This document shows positions 10,731 through 24,712 of a stretch of DNA of 64,000 nucleotides, one piece after another; the first letter of the stretch is position 1, and each line of letters opens with the position of its first letter. The notes beneath the pieces were generated by a model. The model was not told the DNA's origin and ran no database searches. It saw nothing but the letters and a program-made list of their open reading frames with translations. A program made the position numbers and the translations under genes. Source of the stretch: Mobula hypostoma (taxonomy: Eukaryota). The stretch lies in assembly GCF_963921235.1 (NCBI RefSeq), contig NC_086097.1, positions 16,430,001-16,494,000 of the forward strand, read 5' to 3'.

Positions 10731-12409
10731 CATTTTACCTTCCATTTACATGTAGGAGATTGTAACAGCAGGGATTTCTCCGTTTTACAAGACAAGAACT
10801 CACATTACAGAAAGACTGATTTTCTCGACTCTTTCAAGACAGGTGCTCTCAAGACAGGCCCGTGCAGTCTTCTCTGTGATAAATATTAAGGTTGGCGGGT
10901 TTCTTTTAATTAAACCTTCCAAGCTGTGGACAATGTTGTGTATTCAAATGCTAACAAATGGTGCTACCAATAGATTCAACATTCAAAGTTTAAAGCAAAT
11001 TTATTCTCAAAGTACGTATATGTTGCTATATACTGCCCTGAGATTCATTTCCTTGCAGATAATTACAGGAATACAATAGAATTTTACAAAAAAAGCTAGA
11101 CATAAAGATTGACAAACACCAATGTGCAAAAGCAGACAATCTGCAAATAAAGATAATACTGAGAAGAGTTGTAAAGAGTCATTGAAAGTGAGCCTGCAGG
11201 TTGTAGAATCTGTTTAGAACTGAGGTGAGTGAAGTTATCTGTACTAGTTCAGGAGGTGTAATAACTGCTCCTGGGATCTGGTGGTGTGGGAAAGGCTCCT
11301 GGATCTTCTGTCTGATGGTTGCAGAGAGAAGAGAGCATGGCCTGTAAGGTGGGGTCTTTGATGATGGATGCTGCTTTCTTGTAGCAGTGCTCCATGTAAA
11401 TGTACCCAGTATTGGGGAGGGCTTTGTCTGTGATGGACTGGGCTGTATCCCCCCCCCCCCATCATGTTACGCTCCTGATTGAAGGCAAGCAAAGAAAATG
11501 TTCTGAAGGGGAGAGGGTAGCTGACAGGGATGGTTAGTAGCAGGTTGTGTGGCCCAAATCTCCAGGAAGCTCCAAACGCACAGGAGAAGATATAGGCCCT
11601 TCATCAGATACTCTTCCAAGGAAGCCAATAAGAATGCAGAAGCATGTGGACAATCCCTTCCTGGGACAAGGGGCCTCATCCAAAGACAAACTCCCAGCTT
11701 CTGCTTGAGGGTCTGCATGCACAACCTGGTGGCAGGTTACAGACGTGTTCAGCCAGAGGAGGAAGGTATGTTCCGAGTGTGGCTTCTTGGCAAGAGGAGA
11801 CTGGATGCACCCATGGAAAATAACAAGTGCATTCTGATCTGAAATGTCCAAGTGAGATCTTAGAGAAAATACTGGGTCCCAAGAATATCATCCAGTGTGT
11901 TCAGTAGGAAGATCAAGCTAGAGCAGGAGAAGGGGATTGTTAGTAAAAAATAATTATCCCTCTTTCATCTACTCTCACTCATTCATTCTCTCACATAACC
12001 TGATGGTGCATTGGTTTAACTATTTAATTCTTATTCCTGTCAGTATTGCAGGGCAGAGAAAGTACTTTAGTTAGCAACCTTCAGATGCTCAAAGTTCAAT
12101 GTAAATTTAGTATCAAAGTAGAACAAAGAAATATCATAGAATCAGTGAAAAACTACACACAAAGACAGACAAACAACTAATTTGCAAATACAAATAATAA
12201 TAATAAATAAATAAGCAAATAATACTGAGATCATTGAAAGTGAGTCTATTGGTTATGGAATCAGTTCAGCGTTGAGGTGAGTGGAGTTATCCACTTTGGT
12301 TCAGAAGTCTGATAGTTGGAGGGTAATAACTGTTCTTGAACCTGGTGGTGTAGAACTTGAGGTTGCTTTACCTCCTACAGAAGATGCTTTCCTTCTTCAG
12401 ACAAACATG

Positions 12410-12700
12410 ATGTCAGTTTAATGTCTCATCCGAGTGATGGCATCTCTGGGTCAGTGCAGTACTGATGGAACACTTCACTCCAGCGTCAGCTTAGATTACT
12501 GAGCTCAAGTTTCCTGAGCAAGGCTTAGAACATAGAGCACAGAGACAACAGATCTTTTGGGCCACAAAGTTGTGGCAAACTAAAGCTAATGATACCTAAT
12601 CTCTTCTGACTGCACACGGCTCATATCCCTCCATTCTCTGCATAAACCAACTGTGGACTTTAAGCCTTAACTTTTCTTCTCAAAGGCAAGAGGGCCACCA
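12410..12700 (-). mobile_element. Deu-domain SINE fragment (interrupted)
   Basis: gtttaatgtctcatccgagtgatggcatctc...cagtgcagtact is the reverse complement of the Deu-like motif at 6.56 kb. Confidence 0.5.
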
Positions 12701-13589
12701 TGGCTGTCCCTGTCATGAAATTGACACTATGTCAATTATCAATTGGCAGTACAAACTAGATATCTGCTGTGTATGCTGTACACGTCTCCAAGGTCAAGGA
12801 TATTTCAACTCACATCAGAACGCTTGCGTTACAATGAAGGAAACTGAACACACTTTACTGCTATTCATGAATGAAGCCGTGAATCAGAATCAGAACAGGT
12901 TTACTACCACTGACATAGCTCGTGAAATTTGTTGATTTGCAGCAGAAGTATAGTGTAATACATATAAAAATTCTATAAGTTACAATAAGAAATACTGAAA
13001 ATAATAAATAAGTGGGGCAAAAGCAGAACAAAATAGCTGTTTACAACAAAAACTGTTTCACTTGTCTTGTTCCCAGAGATATAGATGTGTCTGCTTTGTA
13101 TTATATAAATATCAGTCCATCTGCAGCAGATTTAAGGGTACTGCAGATCAAACAGGGTCTCTATGGAGCAGGTTCAAAGGGCCGAGAGATTTTTCTTATT
13201 ACATGGATGCTTATCAAACACCCTGTTTCTATTAACTGGGCGGCACATCGTTCAGAATTGCAGCTCTTTCATTGAACTTGTGTTTTAGTGCTGTTCCATT
13301 GAAGTGTGGGTAAATCCCAGCCATAGAGAGATTCCGTTCCCGTTTCTGTTGAGTTACTGAGTCCGGTCTTATGTTGTGGACAAGGACTCCATTGGTACCC
13401 AGTGAACAGTAAGAAAGGTAGTGTTCGCGGGCTGTCGGCTTTTTCCGGTGACCTAATCGAATTGACAGAGGAGGGTCTACACAGGTAGAGGCGAGAGATT
13501 TAAAAAGTAACATTCACGGGAATCAGCTTTTTCCGGCAGCCCAACTGTATTGTGATTCATTAGCAAGGGCAAATAAAAATAAGGTAGGG

Positions 13590-15757
13590 GCAAGCAGAGT
13601 AACCATTGTCTGAGTGGGCCAGTGTTAGAGTGGGGAGGTTTTGGTTCAACAGGCTTAGGTGAGGTAAGTTTCTGGTTAATTTCTCCTTCTGTTAGTACAT
13701 AGCTAGTGCAGTGAAAATGGCTCCACGGGCTGGGTTGTGTTCTTTGTGTGAGATGTGGGAATTCCAGGAGACCTCCTTGGAGGATGTGAGGTGGAAGGTT
13801 TTACTCAGAGAGAGGTGGATGCCTGGAATGTGCTGCCTGGGATGGTGGTAAAGACAAATACATTAGAGGCTTTAAGAGACATTTGGAGAGGTAAATGGAT
13901 GTAAGGAAGATAGAGAGATATGGATATTGTGTAGGTAGGAGGGTTTAGGTGTTTTTTGATTTGCTTTTTAGCTGGTTCAGCGTGACCTTGTGGGCTGAAT
14001 GGCCTGCTCCTGTGTTGTACTCTTCTATGCTCTACATCCTGGATGACCACATCTGCAGCTCCCCTGAGAACGTGCTGAGGAACTGGAGCTGTGGCTCGAT
14101 GAACTTCAGCTCATATAGGAAAATGAGGAAGCCATAGATAGGAGCTACAAGGAGGAAGAAGTGTACCGCTTTGGATACTGTTGAGGGGGACAACCTACCT
14201 GGTGGGTGACTGGGTCTCCGGCACTGATTCTGGTACTGTGACTCAGAATGGAAGCGGGGCGGGGAAGAAGGGGACTGCAGTAATGATAGAGGATTCCACA
14301 GTTAGAGGGGTAGACACATCATTCTGCGGGTTGAAAGAGACACCAGATGGTATGTTGCCTCCTAGGTGCCAGGGTCAGCAGGATCTCAAATGGGGTCCGT
14401 GGCATTCTAAAGGGGGAGATTGAGTAGCTGGAAGTCTTGGCACCACTGACATAATCAGGAAAAGGGAGGATTTAGGGAATTAAGTAGGTAGCTGAAAAGC
14501 AGGACCCCCAGGGCAGTAATCTTTGGATTGTGCCTCTGTCATAAGCCAGTGAGAGTAAGAATAAGATGATTTGGCAGATGAATTCATGACTGAGGAACTG
14601 GTGCAGGGGGCAGGATTTCAGAATTCTGGATCATTGGGATCTCTTCTGGGAAAGGTGTGACCTGTACAAAAAATATGAGTCACACCTCAACCTAGGGGGA
14701 CCAATATCCTCGAAGGCAGATTTTCTGCAGCTGTTGGGAAAGGTTTGAAGTAATTTGGCAGGGGATGGGAACCAGATTGGTAGGGCTGAGGATGGGGCAG
14801 TGGCTGTACAAGCAGCTGCAGTGTGTAGTGAGACTGTCAAGAAGGACAGGCAGATGATGGAGCAAAATTGCAGTCTGTGAGATGAGATGCAGAGTAACGT
14901 GGGACCAAAATCAAAAAGGATGATGAATACAGGGCTAAAGCTGTAATATTTGAATGCAGTCAGTATACGGAATAAGGTAGGTGAATTTATAGAGCAGCTT
15001 TGGCAGGTATGACTGAGGCATGGCTGAAAGAAGATCATAGTTGGGAGCTTAACATCCAAGAAAACACACTGTATCAAAAGTACAGGCAGGTTAACAGAAG
15101 GGTTGGTATGGCTCTGTTGGAAAAAAAATGAAATCAAATCCTTAGAAAGAGGTGACATAGGAAGAATTGGAAGAACTGTGGTACAGTTAAGAAACTGCAA
15201 AGGTAAAAATACCCTAATGAGAGTTATATCCAGGCCTCTGAACAGTAGCCAGTATATGGGCTACAAATTACAATGGGAGAAAGAAAATGCATGCCAAAAG
15301 CACAATGTTATGATAGCCATGGGGGAGGGGGGTTTCAATATGCAGATAGATTGGAAAAATTAGGTTGGTGCTGGATCCCAAGAGAGAGAATTTGTAGAAT
15401 GCCTACAAGATGGGGTTTTAAGGCAGCTTGCAGTCGAGACCATGAGGATTGGGTGCTGTGTGGTGGACCAGATTTGACTACAGAGCTTGAAGTAAAGGTA
15501 TAATATGACAGAATTCACCCTGCAATTTGAGAGGGAGAAGCTAAAGTCAGATATATCAGTATTTCAGTGGAGTAAAGAGAATTATAGAGGCATAATAAAG
15601 GAGCTGGCTAAAGTTGCTTGGAAGGGACCCTGGCAGGAAGAACAGAAATGGCTGGAGATCGGGAATTTGGAAAGCACAGGATAGATACATTCCAAAGAAG
15701 AAGTATTCTAAGGACAGGATGGTGCAACCATGGCTGACAAGGGAAGCCAAAGACAGT
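13590..15757 (+). mobile_element. CR1 5' part: 5' UTR, ORF1 (CxxC plus SGNH esterase-like), start of ORF2 endonuclease; degenerate
   Basis: MAPRAGLCSLCEMWEF at ~13717, AVMIEDSTVRGVD (GDS-like), DHWDLFW, then EN remnants (SWELNIQ, LRNCKGK). Another CR1 3' piece is inserted at ~13778-14035. Confidence 0.8.
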
Positions 15758-16268
15758 TGTCAGTACCTCCAGTTGAACTTTGTCTTTTTGTGTGTTTTCC
15801 CCCTAGCTGTCAGTCTGTGGTTTTGTATTGCCATGTGCTCTTGTTTGTTATATTGCCCCATGTGCTCCTGCCCCTGCTCCAGCCCCTGTATTACTGAGTA
15901 CTCCACCTCTCACCTGTTTCTCATTATTACCTGTTTTGCTGCCACTTCTGTCTCATTGTGCTCCACCTATCATCTGCCTCCCTGTTTATTGCTCAGTGTA
16001 CTTTAGTCATGTGCTTTCACCTGTTTGTTGTTGGATTTTGCCAGTGAATTTTCCTGAGCCTTTCCAGCATTTGTATCTGTACTCTGTCTGTCCAAATATT
16101 GACTCTGCCTATTTCCTGATTCTGGTTTTTGGATTTCTCTGGATGTTTTGATCTCTGCCTGAACTTTGACACTGGCTTGGTTTGCACTTTGGGATTTGTT
16201 ACTCAATTCATATCACTGTGTGCACGGTACTGGCTCTGCGATTGGATCCCTGCTCCAGCGTCCTGACA
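15758..16268 (+). mobile_element. Gypsy-type LTR
   Basis: 511-bp segment bounded by TGTCAG...CTGACA inverted ends, followed by gtacaatctggcc, which resembles the post-LTR sequence of fish Gypsy elements. Confidence 0.7.
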
Positions 16269-16277
16269 GTACAATCT

Positions 16278-17172
<895 letters not shown>

Positions 17173-17227
17173 ACTTATTCATGGCTTCTGTTTTATATTA
17201 TGGGGAATATTTGATTGCTGTGGGAGG

Positions 17228-17630
17228 GTACTCACTGGGATCTAGAAGAATATAGGGAGATCTTATTGAAACCTATCAAATGCTGAAAGGCCTAGATAGT
17301 AACTGTAGAGAGGATGTTTCCTATAGTGTGGGAGTCTAGGACCAGAGGGCACAGCCTCAGAAAAGAGGAAAGTCATTTTAGGTCAGAGGTGAGGAGGAAT
17401 TTCTTTAGCCAGAGGGTGGCAAATCTGTGGAATTTGTTGCCACAGGCCAGATCATTGCGTGTCTTTAAGGCAGAGGTTGATGGGTTCCTAATTAGTCAGG
17501 TCATGAAAGGTTACGGGGAGAAGGTAGGAGAGTAGGGTTAAGAGGGAAAATGAATCAGCCATGGTGAAATGGTGGAGCAGACTCGAAAGGCCAAATGGCC
17601 TAATTCTGCTCCTATATTTTATGGTCTTAA
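17228..17630 (+). mobile_element. CR1 3' end
   Basis: ESRTRGHSLR...RNFFSQRVANLWN plus a CR1 3' UTR. Confidence 0.85.
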
Positions 17631-17664
17631 TTGGCCGCTCTCTTATTTACTTTAGTGATATAGA

Positions 17665-17875
17665 GATACAGCATGGCACCAGGCCCTTTTGGCCAATGAG
17701 CCGACTTGTACCTATTTGACCAATTCACTTAATAACCCATACATCTGTGGAATGTGGCAGGAAACTTGGCCACCCAGAGGAAACCCCCGTGGTCACGGAG
17801 AGAATGTGCAAACTCCTTACAGACAGACAGCAGGAATTGAAGCTGAGTCACTGGTGCTGTAGCAGTGTTACACTA
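17665..17875 (-). mobile_element. V-SINE/HE1-like SINE
   Basis: ggaatgtggcaggaaacttggccacccagaggaaaccc is the reverse complement of the V-domain, followed by a tRNA-like head. Confidence 0.7.
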
Positions 17876-18137
17876 ATTATTTGAAGATCTGGATTCCTTG
17901 CAGGAACTCAATTCTGTAACACAGTCCTTCAGTTTCTTCCTTGAAGTGCTCCACCTTTCAACTCGGGAGTATAGCCAGTTCAGTCTCAAGATTCAAGATT
18001 TGTTAATGTCATCTCCAGTACACAGATATAAATGTGAAAAAAGTTAATTGTTACTCTGGATCTGATGCAGCATATGAAAACACACTAAGATAAACAGAAA
18101 AATAAAAAAAAACCACAATAAGTATAAATACATCCAG

Positions 18138-18715
18138 ACCCTCTCTTGTCAGGGTTGACCATGAATGTTGCGCGCCTAGTTGTCTATCTGATACACAAGC
18201 CAGGCAGTACGATATGGAGAGCAAGCTGTTGCCCATGTAGCAGGCTTCCCCCTCTCCACGCAACTGCTGAATCCAAAGCAATAGCAGAGACGGATACAGT
18301 TTGGCACCAGTGGTGTTGCAGGAGTCACTAGTCAGCATTGAACTCAATGTAAGATGACATTAGGGACACAAGCTCTGATTTTTCCTCAGGGCTTATCCCT
18401 AAAGCCTTCTCCATGCGTGGGTATAGTCACAAGGTAGCAGAGGTTTGAGATCAGAGTTTTCCTTCTCCTGCCAGCCATGGCTGACGAGCCACATTTGCCC
18501 AAAGCGCCTGGTTTTAAGGCACCAGTAACCCGCCTGTGCTGCTTCTCTTGTTAGTAGAAACAGTTCTGCTAAGCTTAGTAGCTAATCCACACATAAAGGC
18601 AAGAAGCTGGACTTGGTTGTCCGAGGCTATTTGAGACGCATGCCATTGGAAGCATTTAATAGGCAGTGCAATCTTATTTTAACACCCCTCACAGCTATGA
18701 CAACGTTAAGGAACC
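18138..18715 (-). mobile_element. RTE-type element 5' region (non-autonomous or truncated)
   Basis: The reverse complement has ggagaaggaaaactctgatctcaaacc (RTE 5' UTR-like, recalled) and a segment shared with the SINE at 8.6-8.75 kb. Confidence 0.55.
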
Positions 18716-20051
18716 ATTAATACATACAGTAGCTATGTAGGTTGATTACTCTGTACAGAAAGTGATGCTAGGTACAGGAGTGACTGTACATAAGGTGACT
18801 GCCAGGAAATTATAAATTAGTGATGGTGGGGGATGTGGAGGGTTTGGTTCGTGGATGCAGGCGTTTATTTGCCTTACTGGTTGGAGAAAGTAAATGCTTT
18901 TGAGTCTAGCAATCTTGGCATTGTATGTAGCCTCCTCCCTGATGGGGGTGGGATAAACAGGACAAGTGGGATCCTTTATGATATTGCTTTCTGTATATAC
19001 GTCCTTGATGACAGGTACACTGGTGCAGGTGATGCGTTGGGCAGTTTTGACTACCCATTAGAATGCCTTCCTTTCCATCGCAATGCAGTTTCCATACCAT
19101 GCAATCACGCAGCATGTTAGGATGCTCTCTACTGCGCAGAAGTAGAAGGTTGTAAGTATTGATGTGCATATCACAACCCTCTTCAGCCTCTTCAGAAAGT
19201 AAGAGTTTCTGTTGCTAAACTAAACCGTGTTCTACTGATGCTCCACCTTAATAAGATGGAGGTGGGAAGTGCGAATGGCGACTCCTGTAGTGAGGCAAAT
19301 TTTGTATCAAGTATCCTTGCTGTGACTGAAACTTGGGACCATTTTCACTTGGGCTTCTCTGCTCTTGACTGGATAAATACATGGGGCCTTTTATCAGCTT
19401 TGATGATAGTAGATCTAACATCAAACAAAAAAAAAATCCTTTTGTTGAATATAAAAATAAACTACACAACAGGATTGCCCAATGACAGGGAAGAATACTC
19501 AGCACTGTAATACCTATTAAGTTAACCAGATTTCTAAACATCTGTTTCTTGCAACTTCACTTGACATAGTTGTTTTCCAAAAGTTGGATGTATTGGGTTA
19601 CAATCCCATTGAATGGTGGAAAATACATGGGAGGCTAAATGGTTCATTCTTATTCTTGTATTCTTATTCTGCAAATTACCATTGCTTCACTTAATGGGGA
19701 GGGTTTGTTCTTAAACTAAGTACATAGCATGTTCCTTATTGGCCTCCCCCATCAATGTCACACTATAGGAGCTATGAATGGTCCTTAAAAAAAATCAACT
19801 GTAGGAAGTTGGTGTGATTTGATTATAATATCGTAGGAAGTCCTATAACATTAGACACATTTCTTTACTTGTGCCGAGTTAGTAACTGATCAATTTTTTA
19901 GCTTGTATATATGTATCCAATGGCAACATATCTACACGCTCCTCAGACATGGTTGCATGTTTTGTTTGTGTGTTTATGATTATTTTGTATTTTTAGACTT
20001 GCCTTTAATGAATTTATCCAATGTACAGATGCACTTGTAAAACCAAGCAGA

Positions 20052-20057
20052 ATTAAA
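20052..20057 (+). terminator. Candidate polyadenylation signal (ATTAAA)
   Basis: Ends a non-repetitive AU/U-rich block (~19.5-20.05 kb) and is followed by GU-rich ctgtctgtctcggtgtcttt. Confidence 0.4.
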
Positions 20058-21089
20058 GTGGATTTAACCAAACTGTCTGTCTCGGTGTCTTTACTAATTT
20101 TTTGCGGTTAGTACTTGTAGTTTATATTCTTTGAATCGGGTAAAGTAAATAGCTTAGGTTTTACCTGAAGTAATTACTAGGTCAACACAAGATATGTGAG
20201 CCTAATGAATCCAACATCCAAATTCCACATTGGCTATGAGATCTACATGACTGCTAAGTCAGTGCTAAATCATGTGTCATTGTGAGAAATTTATATGCTA
20301 TAGAACTGCCCCAATTCCACTTTATAGTTTGTACAGAAATGAAAGGACTGCATATATTAACCTGCATATGTCGGTGTGCTACCTCCACAGTTTCCTCTGG
20401 CAGCTCGTTCCATAACCACCACCCTCTGTCTGATAAAGATCCCTTTTAAATTTTCCCCCCGCACCTTAAATCTACGTCCTCTGATTTCAGACTCCTGTAC
20501 GATGGGAAAAGACTGTGAGTTTACCTATGCCCCTCATGATTTTACAGTGTATACTTCCATAAGGTCACCCCCCCCCCCCAGCCTCCTAGACTCCAGGGAA
20601 AAATGTCCTAGCCTATTCTCTCAATAATCCAAACTCTTGCTTCCTGGGATAACATCCTCAGGAATCTTCCCTACTTTTTGACTCTCATCACTCCAAGATC
20701 AAGATACGTAAAGAAAAAGCAGATACTGGAGATCTGAAATATAAACAGAAAACAATGGAAACACTCAGCAGATCAGGAAGCATCTGAAATATTGAAATCC
20801 TTCATCAAAACTGAGATAGAACAAAGGCAGTCTGAATGCAGAGAAGGTTAATTTCTTATTCAAAACACATTCTGGAACACAGGCGCAAGAATAGTAAATG
20901 AATCCATGATCACTTATGTCTGAGATGAGAGTACTACAAGGTCAACACTATGCATTTGTAATAGTTTCTGAGTAACATCTCACAGCTACTGCATTTTAAC
21001 TAATTGGAACAATAGCAACATGGGTTGAATAAGATACTCAGATCTGTAATTTAGATAGACACAGTTTTTAAATTTAAGGTGATAATACG

Positions 21090-21322
21090 TAGGAGAATTA
21101 GACCATTCAGCCCATCGAGTCTGCTCTGCCATTCCACGATGGCTGATTTATTAGCCCTCTCAACCCCATTCTCCTGCCTTCTCCCTGTAACCTCTGATGC
21201 CCTGACTAATCAAGAACCTATCAGCCTCTGCTTTAAATATACCCAATGATTTGGCCTCCACAGCCATCTGTGACAATGAATTCCACAGACTCATTACCCT
21301 CTGGCTAAAGAAATTCTTCCTC
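21090..21322 (-). mobile_element. CR1 3' fragment
   Basis: MRKNFFSQRVMSLWNSL...GIRGYREKAGEWG on the minus strand. Confidence 0.85.
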
Positions 21323-24082
21323 ATGATTATGATATAGTTGGGATCACAGAGACATGGCTCCAGGGTGACCAAGGATGGGAGTTCAACATTCAGGGATATT
21401 CGATATTCAGGAGGGATAGACATGAAAGAAAAGGAGGTGGGGTAGCATTGCTGGTTAGAGTGGAGATTAACGCAATAGAAAGAAAGGACATTAGCCGGGA
21501 GGATGTGGAATCGATATGGGTAGAGCTGCGTAACACTAAGGGGCAGAAAGCGCTGGTGGGAGTTGTGTACAGGCCACCTAACAGTAGTAGTGAGGTTGGG
21601 GATGGCATTAAACAGGAAATTAGAAATGCGTGCAATAAGGGAACAGCAGTCATAATGGGTGACTTCAATCTACATATAGATTGGGTGAACCAAATTGGTA
21701 AGGGTGCTGAGGAAGAGAATTTCTTGGAGTGTATGCGGGACGGTTTTTTGAACCAACATGTCGAGGAACCAACTAGAGAGTAGGCCATTCTAGACTGGGT
21801 ATTGAGCAATGAGGAAAGGTTAATTAGCAATCTTGTCGTGAGAGGCCCCTTGGGTAAGAGTGACCATAATATGGTGGAATTTTTCATTAAGATGGAGAGT
21901 GATATAGTTAATTCAGAAACAAAGGTTTTGAACTTAAAGAAGGGTAACTTTGAAGGTATGAGACGTGAATTAGCTAAGATAGACTGGCAAATGATACTTA
22001 AAGGGTTGACGGTGGATATGCAATGGCAAGCATTTAAAGATCGCATGGATGAACTACAACAATTGTTCATCCCAGTTTGGCAAAAGAATAAATCAGGGAA
22101 GGTAGTGCACCCGTGGCTGACAAGGGAAATTAGGGATAGTATCAATTCCAAAGAAGAAGCATATAAATTAGCCAGAAAAAGCGGCTCACCTGAGGACTGG
22201 GAGAAATTCAGAGTCCAGCAGTGGAGGACAAAGGGCTTAATTAGGAAAGGGAAAAAAGATTATGAGAGAAAACTGGCAGGGAACATAAAAACTGACTGTA
22301 AAAGCTTTTATAGATATGTGAAAAGAAAAAGATTGGTTAAGACAAATGTAGGTCCCCTACAGACAGAAACAGGTGAATAGATTATGGGGAACAAGGACAT
22401 GGCAGACCAATTGAATAACTACTTTGGTTCTGTCTTCACTAAGGAGGACATAAATAATCTTCTGGAAATAGTAGGGGACAGAGGGTCTAGTGAGATGGAG
22501 GAACTGAGAGAAATACATGTTAGTAGGGAAGTGGTGTTAAGTAAATTGAAGGGATAAAAGGCAGATAAATCCCCAGGGCCAGATGGTCTGCATCCCAGAG
22601 TGCTTAAGGAAGTAGCCCAAGAAATATTGGATGCATTAGTGATAATTTTTCAAAACTCTTTAGATTCTGGACTAGTTCCTGAGGTTTGGAGAGTGGCTAA
22701 TGTAACCCCGCTTTTTAAAAAAGGAGGGAGAGAGAAACTGGAGAATTATAGACCGGTTAGCCTAACATTGGTGGTGGGGAAAATGCTAGAGTCAGTTATC
22801 AAAGATGTGATAACAGCACATTTGGAAAGCGGTGAAATCGTCGGACAAAGTCAGCATGGATTTGTGAAAGGAAAATCATGTCTGACGAATCTCACAGAAT
22901 TTTTTGAGGATGTAACTAGTAGAGTGGATAGGGGAGAACCAGTGGATGTGGTATATTTGGATTTTCAAAAGGCTTTTGACAACGTCCCACACAGGAGATT
23001 AATGGGCAAACTTAAAGCACACGGTATTTGGGAAAGGTATTGATGTGGATAGAGAATTGGTTGGCAGACAGGAAGCAAAGAGTGGGAATAAATGGGACCT
23101 TTTCAGAATGGCAGGCAGTGACTAGTGGGGTACCGCAAGGCTCAGTGCTGGGACCCCAGTTGTTTACAATATATATTAATGACTCAGATGAGGGAATTAA
23201 ATGCAGCATCTCCAAGTTTGCGGATGACACGAAGCTGGGCGGCAGTGTTAGCTGTGAGGAGGATGCTAAGAGGATGCAGGGTGACTTGGATAGGTTAGAT
23301 GAGTGGGCAAAGTCATGGCAGATGCAATTTAATGTGGATAAATGTGAGGTTATCCACTTTGGTGGCAAAAACAGGAAAACAGATTATTATCTGAATGGTG
23401 GCCGATTAGGAAAAGGAGAGGTGCAACGAGACCTGGGTGTCATTATACACCAGTCATTGAAAGTGGGCATGCAGGTACAGCAGGCGGTGAAAAAGGCGAA
23501 TGGTATGCTGGCATTCATAGCGAGAGGATTCGAGTTTTGGTCCCCTAATCTGAGGAAAGACATCCTTGCCATAGAGGGAGTACAAAGAAGGTTCACCAGA
23601 TTGATTCCTGGGATGGCAGGACTTCCATATGATGAAAGACTGGATCGACTAGGCTTATACTCATTGGAATTTAGAAGATTGAGGGGGGATCTTATTGAAA
23701 CGTATGAAATCCTAAAGGGATTGGACAGGCTAGATGCAGGAAGATTGTTCCCGATGTTGGGGAAGTCCAGAACAAGGGGTCACAGTTTGAGGATAAAGGG
23801 GAAGCCTTTTAGGACCGAGATTAGGAAAAACTTCTTCACACAGAGAGTGGTGAATCTGTGGAATTCTCTGCCACAGGAAACAGTTGAGGCCAGTTCATTG
23901 GCTATATTTAAGAGGGAGTTAGATATGGTCCTTGTGGCTAAAGGGATCAGGGAGTATGGAGGGAAGGCTGGTGCAGGGTTCTGAGTTGGATGATCAGCCA
24001 TGATCATACTGAATGGCGGTGCAGGCTCGAAGGGCCGAATGGCCTACTCCTGCACCTATTTTCTATGTTTCTATGTTTCTAT
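21323..24082 (+). mobile_element. Relatively young 5'-truncated CR1 LINE ORF2 (APE endonuclease plus RT), inactivated
   Basis: GITETWL, VYRPPN, MGDFN, SDHN, QHGF, LDFQKAFD, VPQGSVLGP, KFADD. Few stops (21781, 22378), one frameshift near 23030, and a (TTTCTATG)n tail at ~24060-24082. Confidence 0.95.
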
Positions 24083-24302
24083 ATCAGGGAGGGACGGGGA
24101 GCGTCGACTCAGACCATGAGAGGCATATCAAACATATCAGATGGAGGCAAATTACACACTTTACAAACACAAAAGATTCTGTACCTAGAAATCCAGAGCA
24201 AAACAGAAAACTAAGAATTTTACAAGAGTTAACAAGGTCCTTGTTTGTTTGAAGTAAGAAATGCTAATGGTAGAAAATTAATAGTAATTGTTTAAAGGCC
24301 CT

Positions 24303-24712
24303 GATCTTGGAGTTTAGAAGAATGTGGGGGGTCTGTACTGAAATGAACCGAGTATTGAAAAGCCTGGATAGAGTAGCCATGAAGAAGATGTTTACAGTGG
24401 AGGGAGAATCTGGGACCGGAGGGCACTGCCTCAGAATAGAATAATGCTTCTTTAAAACAGAGATGAAGAGTAATTTCTTAGCCAGAAGGTGGTGAATCTG
24501 TGGAATTCATTGCCACAGATGACTGTGGAGGCCAGGTCACTGGGTATATTCAAAGCAAAGATTGATAGGTTTTTGATTAGTAACAGAGTGAAAAGTTTTG
24601 GGGAGAAGGCAGGAGAATGCGGTTGAGAGGGATAAAAAATAAGCCATGATGGAATGGTGGAGGAGACTCAATAGCCCAAATGGCCTAATTCTGCTCCTAC
24701 ATCTCATGGTCA
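24303..24712 (+). mobile_element. CR1 3' fragment
   Basis: ttggagtttagaagaatg...gtggtgaatctgtggaattc...tggcctaattctgctcct. Confidence 0.8.

Noticed and set aside
11480..11900. Cluster of overlapping 70-105 aa ORFs
   Set aside because: No recognisable domain or clear exon boundaries. It is probably chance or a decayed repeat.
21090..21400. Twin-priming inversion of the young CR1
   Set aside because: The inverted piece is a 3' end whose UTR differs from that at ~24.0 kb, so two separate CR1 subfamilies are more likely.
23028..23984. Intact or domesticated reverse transcriptase gene (318 aa)
   Set aside because: It is part of a 5'-truncated CR1 with upstream stops, a frameshift and a deletion near 23535.
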